A stretch of DNA of 64,000 nucleotides from positions 124,001-188,000 of the forward strand of contig MNCI01003467.1 of NCBI GenBank assembly GCA_015680685.1, given 5' to 3'. Below, one piece after another: positions 1 to 9,390 of this stretch. The notes under the pieces are model-generated. The model ran no database searches. It was not told where the DNA came from and saw only the letters and a program-made list of their open reading frames with translations. Position 1 is the first letter of the stretch; each line of letters opens with the position of its first letter. This stretch comes from Gnetum montanum. Its lineage: Eukaryota; Plantae; Gnetophyta. Position numbers and translations under genes: made by a program.

Positions 1-390
1 AAAGGTTCGCCTCACAAAAAAAAAAGCAACAATGCTACAACTTCACAATTGGCCCCTCCTTGGATGAACTTTGACGCTCTCATAAACACTCCAACAAGAG
101 GTCAACATTTCAAGGGTAAGCTACTTTATGCCATGGTCACTATCAACCATCCCAAATTTGCATCTTACATCATGATCCATTGTTTGCATTTTGTTCCCAC
201 CATTTAAATTTCATCTCCCTATCATTGCCTATACCCATTGTCCCTTAGCATAACCTTATTTCCATAACACTCTTGAACATGGTAAAATGACATCTGATCT
301 TATGCTGACAAATGACGTTGGTGATATGTCTACTGTGGTGTTTTATAATTCTTTGTCGACGTCTCTCAGGCCACTCTTTCAGACGGCAAC

Positions 391-402
391 AAAGAGGGGC
401 CA
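391..402 (+). other. Polypurine tract (PPT) of element A
   Basis: AAAGAGGGGCCA, identical to the PPT of element C (5448-5460, minus strand). Confidence 0.8.
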
Positions 403-403
403 T

Positions 404-1368
404 TCAAACACCACAAAATTTTGGGTCTTGGCAGCACAACTACAAATATGGCTAAGTGTTACATGCTATTATGTGCTTCTATGTTGCATAGTGTAGCACC
501 TTGCTACAGTGCGTAGCGTAGCACCTTGCTATGCTACATAGCATAGCATAGCGTAGCACCTTGCTACAGTGCTAGCATAACACCTTGTTACAGTGCATAG
601 CATAGCACCCTACTACAGTGCGTAGCATAGCATCCTATTAGGCTACATTGTTATACACTATTACATGTTGTTACCTACTACACTGCCACATAGCGCTAGA
701 TCTGCATTTTGGGCTAACCCTAGCCCTATAAATACCTTTGTGCCCTCTTAAAGAAAAAGGTAAAGAGGAGAAAAGGATGAAGGCTTGAATTTCTTCACCG
801 ACAAAGTAGTTGGCATTTCCATTTTGGCATTTGGCATTTTATCTTTTTGGCACTTAGCTCCGTGGGTGAATGAAACCCAGAGCAAACCACACCGATAGAG
901 AGGCACAACTATATCACATGGTATACTGTGACCACCAGCCCAAGAGGCATAGTTTATCACAGTGAGCACCATATTTCATAGCTCGACACCACCGAGGCTA
1001 TGATTCTGCTCCTACTATGCCTATTGTACACTTTGTATACCTATACCCTTTTTCAAGGTAGTGCATCTTTCTATTCAAACTCTCTTTTTGGCCGATCACA
1101 ACATTTATTTGGCATTTTTAAGCATTAAATCATGTTCATTGTCTTGTTATGCACTTTAGCACATTTCTACTATTCTGCACATTACATTTTCTTTTATTTT
1201 TTGCAAAAGGGTTACTGTACACCGGTTAAGTCCCTATCTGATTGACCAGACCATTCAGGGCACCTCATTTCTGTTTTATCCAGCACTATCCTCATGTGGA
1301 TTTGGGGTTAGGGTATGCACTTGAAGACCTCTCGGTGTTTCTAGCCACCAATGTTTTCTATCGCTACA
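404..1368 (+). repeat. 3' LTR of element A (LTR family 1)
   Basis: Starts TCAAACACCACAAAATT (family start TGAAACACC), has TATAAATA at 727-734 and ends ...TATCGCTACA like the other Tat LTR ends here. U3 is homologous to 29713-30723 (-). Confidence 0.8.
490..660. repeat. Degenerate TAGCA/TGCTA pentamer-based tandem repeat in LTR U3
   Basis: Repeated gcgtagcaccttgctacagtgc / gcatagcatagc units. Similar tracts occur at 4420-5160, 18840-19570 and 30150-30545. Confidence 0.75.
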
Positions 1369-1479
1369 CATCTCATGCAACATGTGATGGATGTCGAGCA
1401 ACCCCTTAGCCTAGTGTATCCACAATGATAGTCTCTTAGACTATGGCAATAGTCCCCCGAACACATGGTACTTGATGAT

Positions 1480-3592
1480 GAATGATACAACTTTTTATGC
1501 ACAAAGCTTTAGGTGGGCCTACCATTGGACCGCTAGGAAATAGAAGAAAAGCATAGTTTCAAAATTATTCACCGAAAAAAGATGGAGTTCCTTCCCACCC
1601 CTAGCACGATCATACCACTCATTGAATCTTTCAAATGAATTTTGGACCAACATATCTAGATGAGTGAGCTAAAAGAGTAAAACTCAACATCCAACTATGA
1701 TGAAGCCCTGCAAGATGGGCAAGAGGAATTGAAGTCTCATTCCAACATTGGCATCCCGCCTAACATACCAGCCTTTACTAGGGAGTGGTTTTTGGAATAT
1801 GGTGTGGAGGTGGCTCTCATGTTATGGAATTTTATCAAGATGATCCTATTAGTTTTGTTATTTCTCTACTCACACTACCTCCTAGGGTGCAACTTCCCCA
1901 ATTCACAAAATATAATGGTGAGGGTGACCCAAATGCCCACTTAGTCACCTTTCATTCTGAGTCCTTATTATTGCAAGCATGGCCACATGTGGTTATCCAT
2001 ATCTTTGCCATGAATTTGACTGGAAAAGATTTAAATTGGTACCATGCACTTCCTCGAGCTTTCATTTCAACTCTAGAAGAGTTGTTAATCCCATTCATAA
2101 CCTACTTTAAGTACAACTTGAATTCAGAGGCCACACTAGATTAGCTCATGAATGTTAATTAAGAAGAATTATAGCCAATGCAAAAATTCATACAACAATG
2201 GAGCACCTCTCTAAATGAGATTCATGAGCCCACTACCAAAACCCACTTGTTGGTCACTTTTAAAGGTGTAGCAAATTATTTCATTAAATTAAAGCTATAT
2301 TATTTAGCCCCACATCCTTTAGCCAAGCTTTTGCTCAAACAAAGAGCATATAGGATGTGGCAAAGGCTAGTAAAGATCTAGCTTACATAGCCTATAAGAA
2401 TGCACATGCAAAGAGAGATAAAGAAAAGGGGAATGCCATGACAACCACTGTTGTAGCTATGGCTGATGAAGCCATGACCAACAACAACAAGCAAATGGCT
2501 AAGGCACCTAAGGCCCCAGTCAACATCAAAAAAACATTGGGCTCTAGAAATGCAGCAACCAACCAACCTGCATCGTCAATAGCCATAGGGCAAGCTCTAC
2601 CAAGGCCAAACTAAAATATACCTCTTTGCTGATCAAGCCATTAGAACTTTTGGATCAACTATCTAGTGTTGGATGCATTCAACATAAGAAAATATTAGAG
2701 GATGCTCGTAAATGCATGAGAGGTACTGTGAGATCCTCTGAGACCCCTCTATGGCTATGCCCAATGAACCTCCAGTACCCAAAAATTTTAGGTTGGACCA
2801 ATTTTGCAGCTACCATCAGTTGCATGACCATAACATGGATTACTACCTTACATTAAAGGATGATATCTAATGCATGATCAATCAAGGAAAGCTAGTCCTT
2901 GATGAAAGTAATCCTATCTAGCTAAAGAACCAGTCCATGAACATTTATAAGGATCCATTAAACACTAGCGGTGTAGGATATATCATTAATGCTATCAATG
3001 TTGATGATGATGTAGAGCTAATACATGAACCATTCATGGTCCATGTGTCCTTCAGTGGTGTTGAAGTCTTAGTGTCAACTAGGCCATAGGCCCCTTAGGC
3101 ACCAATGACACCTTTCATGGTTAGGGCCCCATAGCATGTTGTGGTAATCACCCAAACACCTTTTATCATAAGGGTGTTGAAATGTATGAAACCCCCTTGC
3201 CCAGGTTCTAATGGTTTGGATTGCATTGTAGCCTACCCACCTAAAGAAATGTGATGGGCATCTGGTTGACAAGATGGCTAGGGAATGCGCTGAACTAGGT
3301 CCCCCTAAGCCTACCCCCTATCAGTAGTTCCCATGGCCCTATCACCTAAAACCACCAACATAGGCATGCACATGCAACAAGTAACCACTAAGGCTCAAAA
3401 GTGCATTGCCCAACCAAAAGCCAAGTCTCCTCCTCCTTAGGAAATCCATCTCTTAGGGCATGTGGAGGAAATAAAGACCACCAAACAACTAGATGGTGGA
3501 AAAGATTTTCCAAATGCACATGCACAGGTCAAGCAGGCTCTAAAACAAAAGAGTACAACTTTGAGCCTATACGATTTAATTATGACTTCTCC
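1480..3592 (+). pseudogene. gag: gag of element B (stops and frameshifts)
   Basis: LPQFTKYNGEGDPNAHLVTF...LNWYHALP...ISTLEEL (retrotransposon capsid-type motif). Collinear with three other gag copies in the window. Confidence 0.85.
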
Positions 3593-5447
3593 TGTAACAA
3601 TTGAAAACGTCGGTGGCTGGAAACACTGAGAGGTCATCGGGTGCACAGTTTTAACCACGAATCCATGTGAGGGTTGTGCTAGATGAAAATGGAAATGGGG
3701 CACCCTAAATGGTCTGGTCGATTAGACAGGGACTTAGTTGGTGTCACTTAACCTTTCATAAACGTGTAATGCAGAAGCAATGTTTATAACGTAATATAAA
3801 AATTAATAAATGCAATGAAGTGAAAAATGATGTAAAATGCAATAATAATGAGTGGGAATTTAAAGTGAATAAGAGTTAGGAAATGCACCACCTCAAGATC
3901 ATGACTTTACTTTGTTGAAGTGGATACAATCAATTGCATAACACTAGGAAGCACAGAGATCCCAAAGGTAACCAGAGAATTCAAAGTAGGCCAACTATGT
4001 TCTTGAACATAGACTCAAAAGCCAACAATGAAAAGTGCTACAAAGGTAGTAGGAAGGAGCTAACAGAATGCCAAGAAAAAATTCCAACCATTTAATTTTT
4101 TCCAATTTTCCAACAAGAAGTGCTAAGAATGCTCAAAGTCGCCAACAGTGCTTAAAAATTTCCAACAACTAAAAGTTGCCAACCAACTCCAAGTTTTCAA
4201 ACCCTTTGAGCATTGCTCATCAGGGTATTTATAGGTCTAGGAGCCTGCGAGAGATGTAGTTTGGATGCCACATATCCTGGACTTGCGAGGTGTTGGCATG
4301 TCCATGCTGCATGGACATGCAAAGCTGATTGATGAGCAGACCATGCTGCAATCATGCTGTTGAAACTGAAGATGCTGGGGTCAAGTATGCCAACAATGTA
4401 GACAAGAAATGAGGCACACTAGAGTAGCATAGCTTCTTACTACACTATGCTATATAATGTACTGTAGCATGTTGGCATAGCGTAGTAGCTTGCTACATTG
4501 TGCTATGCTATGTAGCATAGCATAGTGTAGCCACTAGTTTGAAGAAGAAGTTGGCGTTGAAGTTAACTACATATGCTGAAAGCTTCATAGCACGTTAAGT
4601 CAAATTTTGCAACACTTGGTCAGATATGCATCTTTTGCTACACTACACTACGCTACATAGCGTAGCAGTTGGCTTTATTCATGATTCGTGTTGAAGTCAC
4701 AAATGTTTGCTTAAAGCTATGATCATGCTAACAGTTGCAACTATTGCCTTCTGCGAAGAGATATTTGTGAACTTGTTGACTTTGCATCTGAGAGGCTCAT
4801 TGATGGTTTTAAATAGTTGATACACCATGCTATGCTATATAGCATAGTATAGTGTAGTAGCCAGCGTATCCTACTTTTTGTTCAATCTGCCACTTTCTAA
4901 TGAGAAGCGTTGCTGAATATTTGATGTTAAGGACTTGAAGCTGAACAAGGCAACTAGTTTTGAAGGCTAGAGTACCTGTCGAGTGCAATTGGAATCACTA
5001 GGCAAGCTAGGCCTTTCTGTCTTGCCTTTTGCTATGTTGTGTTATGCTACATAGTGTAGCATAGTATAGCAACCTATTCTGCAATAGTTTGTACTTGATC
5101 ACCTTAGCAACTATCTTTCGAAGCCTGCTACGCTACATAGTGTAGCATAGCATAGTAAACTTATTCATTAGAAAACTTGCTAAACTATTTTGTGTAGCCT
5201 AAGCACCACTAACAACCCCACGCATCACTTCTGAGTATACTGTTAGCTAGGTGAATGGTCTAGGTGGGTAGGCTGGAGAGTCCGTCGAGCCTGTCAACAC
5301 TAGAAGTAGAAAATTTGCTAAACTAGATAGTCTAAACTCAGAGCATTCATTTCCTACCAACTTGTTGTGACGTTGCACTTGTGGAAATCCCTTACCTGAA
5401 TTCCAAGACCTTGGTCTAGGAGGGTCTTGAAATTTTAGGGTGTTTCA
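3593..5447 (-). repeat. 3' LTR of element C (1855 bp)
   Basis: Direct repeat of 18029-19864. On the minus strand it starts TGAAACACCCT and ends GTTACA; TATA box near 4227-4234 (-). Confidence 0.95.
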
Positions 5448-5460
5448 TTGGCCCCTCTTT
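5448..5460 (-). other. PPT of element C
   Basis: Minus-strand AAAGAGGGGCCAA abutting the 3' LTR TG. Confidence 0.9.
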
Positions 5461-6812
5461 GTCAATGTCTAGAGGACAGACCCAAGAGGCATTAACAAAG
5501 AATACAAAACACCACGAAAAACAAGATGCTAACATCGTTCCTTTGGTGATTACCAAGATGTCACTTAGCTATTCTTGAGAGTTTTGGATTGGTTATGTGG
5601 GAAAAGAGGAAGGATTAAACTAGGGGGAGAAGGAGGTTATGGAAAATGGTAAAGATGAGGCTTAGCAAGGTCCCTTGTCGGAATGCTTATGAGGGATTTG
5701 TTTGCGTGGTCATCTTTGCTTTTGTGGACCTTTGACCTCTCATCGAAATTCTTAGAGAGGGTCACTATGAAATAGCTGATGTGCCATTTTTTTTAGCCAC
5801 ATTCTTTTTTTTTGTGACCTTTTGCTCTTTTACGCTTTCCGTTCACTATTCTACCATTTACATTTGCAAAAAACCTTGTCGCTAGGATGAGTTGTGTTAC
5901 ATCCACGTAGGACCTTGGCCTACCTGCAGATTCTTCCCATGCAACGAGTTGTGTTATGTGCATCATGGACTTTGCGATTGGGCATATGGGAGGGCATTAC
6001 AGGCATTAGGAGAAATCGTAAAATGGAACTATGGCAGGGAGAATTGCTAGTACAAGGAATGATGTAAAGAAGGTTAAAGGGGAGGGTAGGATATGCACTC
6101 TAAAGTAGCTAGGCTAATTAGGATGACCATCTTAGAACTATGTAGTGTCCTTCCACTGGCGAAATGCACCTCTGACTGACACCCCTCTAGCACACGTCTT
6201 GCAAACACAATAAAGAGAAAACCAGAATAAACAACCATGATGCAAAATGAAGGCAAGGGCCTTGCTAGCTTTGGATGTTTTTGGAGCAACTGATGTTATT
6301 GCTAAGCCACGCGACATCCAAACTAGAAAGGCTAGTAGTGGTTGTCACAACATCAATGTGGAGAAGTTGGCACTGAGACAGCTAGGAATTGTGGTGATGC
6401 GAGTGCTCAGGAATCCCCACCCAAGGAAAACATTATGTAGTTCAGCTATGAGATTGGCTGCCCAACAGCTAAACATCTTTTGGGCTTGGGTGATGACTGG
6501 GGCTGGAGGATAAAAATATTGTGGTTGGGCCATAATACTGTTAGGACTCTAGCAGTAGGCGCTGACCAAGGAAGCTACTACCAGGGCAATGAGCCGTGGT
6601 AGCAATGGCTCCAGAGGATCAGCATAATGTCATACGACATCTCCGAAGGATCAGTAAGATGTCAGGGGCAATGGCATTACATTTATTTCCAAGGGTATTT
6701 TCATAGCATCATGAACTGCATTCGGGAACTACAACATCCCACCCGGTGTTGGCAGTATGCATGCTCGCTTGCTTGGTGAGTCATGGATGCACACTAGGGA
6801 CGTGCCATGAAC

Positions 6813-7270
6813 CCAGTTTAAGGTCCTGGTAGACCACCTGATGCGTTGGTTTAAGGTATCGATAGACTGAGTTGCACTAGTTTAATGTCTTAGTAGACCA
6901 TTGCACTATTTTAACATCATAGTGAATGGTGGCTATGCTAGTTTAAGGTCCTAGCAGATCATAGTGCTAGTTTAACATCATAGCAGATGGTGGATCATCT
7001 AGTTTAACGTCATAGTGCATGGTCTGTGCCATTTTATAGTCATAGCGGACTACCTTTGCCAATTTTATGTCATAGCGGATGAGCTTTGTGCCATTTTAAT
7101 GTCATAGCAGATGTTCTATGCCAGTTTCACTTCGTAGCAGACGATCTGTGGTAGTTTTATGTTGTAGCAAACGATCTATGCTAGTTTTACATTGTAGCAG
7201 ATGTTCTTTGACAATTTTATGTCGTAGCAGACTGATTGCTTACCTTTGTTAGTTTTACATTGTAGTAGAT
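6813..7270. repeat. ~28-30 bp degenerate tandem repeat in the 3' UTR of element C
   Basis: About 15 units of gctagttt(a/t)a(c/t)(a/g)tc(a/g)tagcagat; homologous reverse-complement array at 28228-28615 in B. Confidence 0.85.
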
Positions 7271-7292
7271 GTTTTCTTAGCTTTTTCATGCA

Positions 7293-8550
7293 TTAGATGT
7301 AGTATAGCCTGAGGTATGAATGGTTTAAAGGATTTGCAAACTCATTGCCATACATGTCTACAAGCTTGAAGGCCCCGTTCCCAAAGGTTTTTGTGACCAT
7401 AAATGGACCTTTCCAATTTTTTGAGAATTTGTTCATATGCTCACGGACAGCTTTGAGGATGAGGTTTCCCTTTTGTATCAACTGTTGCTATTTGTTTGCA
7501 TGATGCTTCTAATGTTTCTTGTTCTGATATTGCTCTATGTGACCAAGTATTTGTGCACGCTCCTCCTCTATTGAGTTGAGGTCAATGATCCTCAACTCAT
7601 TGTTCAAGGCTTCGCTCACAATGTTTGATAGGATCATTCAAAGTGAAGGCACCTGCAGCTCAAGAGGTAACACTGCTTGAAATCCATAAACAAGACTATA
7701 AGGTGCCTTACTTGTCACAGTTCTGCACATCATCCTATAAGCCCACAACACATAGAGGATTTGCTCATGCCATCTTCTCTTGCTATTGTTAAGAATTTTC
7801 TTAAGCAAGTTGATGATGGACTTGTTCATAGCTTCTTCTTATCCATTCTCTTGCAAGTAGTATGGCAAGGAGAATGATTGCCTAATGTTGAAATTTCTGC
7901 AAAAGGTTTTGGTTTTTGCACTACTGAATTGTGGCCCTTTGTCGATCACAATAGTCATGGGAAGCCCAAACCTTGTAACAATGTTGTCCAAAATGAAGTG
8001 GCAAACCTGCTGGGATGTGGTCTTCCTTAGGAGAATGGCCTCCATCCACTTTGTAAAATACTCGGTGATGGTGATGATGAAGCTATGCTCTACAGAAGAC
8101 TTAGGTGTGATAGGTCCTATGATGTCTAGTCCCCATCACTGGAAAGGCCACATGATCTACATTGGATGCAACTCTGTTGAAAAAATGTGTATAAGATTTG
8201 CATATCTTTGGCACATATCACAAGACTTAACTTTGGCTAGACAATCATGCTCCATGTGAGGCTAGTAATACCCTAAGTGTCTGATCTTTGTAGCCATGGC
8301 CCTAGGTGCTATGTGTCCACCACACAGTCCCTCATGTACTTCATTAATAACCTTTTGTGCTTGCATCTCATTTATGAATGCTAGTAATATCCTGTCAAAG
8401 GAGCATCTACACAAGGCATTATCTCCCATGAGTACGTATTTCCATGCAAGCTTGCAGATCACATCTCTCTGGGTAGATGTCAATCTGCTTGGGGGTTCAT
8501 CATGTTGCAGGTAGGTTTTAATGTTGGTGTATCACTCTTGGGTATCCGCA
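7293..8550 (-). pseudogene. pol: Integrase of element C
   Basis: EVHEGLCGGH...LGYY (H2C2 zinc finger), WGLDIIGPI-like segment, FILDNIVTRFGLPMTIVIDKGPQF, LWAYR...APYSLVYG, KFSKNWKGPF (GPY/F). Confidence 0.9.
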
Positions 8551-8649
8551 ATGCTAACAGAGGCTACATGTACCACCTGAGTGATAGGCTCTGTACACTC
8601 GGCAATCAAAGCTGGCAAACAGGTGTGATGACACATTTAACACTAGGGT

Positions 8650-9010
8650 GGCCATGGCATCTGCTATGGTGTTTTCGTTGCATAGCATGTGTTGCATGTC
8701 CATTGTTGTGAACTGCTTAAGCAGGCTTTTATCTAGGTTGCAATAGGATTACAGGTGTGTAGCCTTATAGCCATAAACCTTGGTGATTTGATTTACAAAA
8801 GGTTGTGAATCTCTGCAAATCGCCAGGTGTTGTATGCTTAATTCTTGGGCTACTAAGGGGCTCCTGAGTAACTCTTCATACTCTACCATGTTGTTCATAC
8901 AAGGGAATGCAAAATGATAAGCAAAAGGTTGCATTTTCCTAGAGGGAAACGTAATGATAGCAGCTGCACTACCTCCTTGCACGGTCGAGGCACCATCAAA
9001 ATGCAAAGTA
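8650..9010 (-). pseudogene. Additional archaeal-type RNase H (aRH), diagnostic of the Tat lineage
   Basis: HFDGASTVQGG...CMNNMVEYEELL...LAICRDSQPFVNQI (D, E, D motifs of RNase HI) between RH and IN. Confidence 0.85.
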
Positions 9011-9049
9011 ACATCAAGATGTGATGGGACAGTGTTGACAGTGCTAACA

Positions 9050-9297
9050 TGCTAATCAGGGAATTTGGAATCTATGATTGCCTGATCGTCGACAGGTGAC
9101 ATCATAAGTTGCATTACTATAGCTTGACCCTTTGTCGACGATTAGCTCACATAATGCAAATCGAATTCCGCTATTATGGCTTTCCACTAGGCTATCCTAC
9201 TACTTTCATACAGGTTATTTGTGATAGCCCAAAGTACATTGCTCTTGCAAATAATGTTAACTTTACTACGAAACAAGTAATGCCTCCACTTCTTTAA
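9050..9297 (-). pseudogene. pol: C-terminal fragment of the Gypsy RNase H/tether domain; RT and the rest of RH deleted
   Basis: KKWRHYLFRSKVNIICKSNVL...AEFDLHYV...KGQAI matches 27415-27590 in B. Homology stops abruptly at ~9297. Confidence 0.85.
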
Positions 9298-9390
9298 CAT
9301 AGAGCTTTCATTCAAAGAATAGAATGATTGTGCTATCTAAGAGCAAGGTGATTCAGCATAGCAAGCAAGAAAGAATTAGCGACCAAAACG

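Larger units (their letters stand above)
1..1368 (+). mobile_element. Element A: 3' end (3' UTR, PPT, 3' LTR) of a Tat-lineage Ty3/Gypsy element that continues upstream of the window
   Basis: 310-403 is homologous to the reverse complement of element C's 3' UTR (5448-5540). The PPT AAAGAGGGGCCA directly precedes an LTR start. No PBS follows the LTR, so it abuts or interrupts element B. Confidence 0.75.

Noticed and set aside
6813-7270. CRISPR-like repeat/spacer appearance (also 28228-28615 and 13360-13837)
   Set aside because: Units are contiguous and degenerate with no unique 30-40 nt spacers. There are no cas genes, and the context is a eukaryotic retrotransposon UTR.
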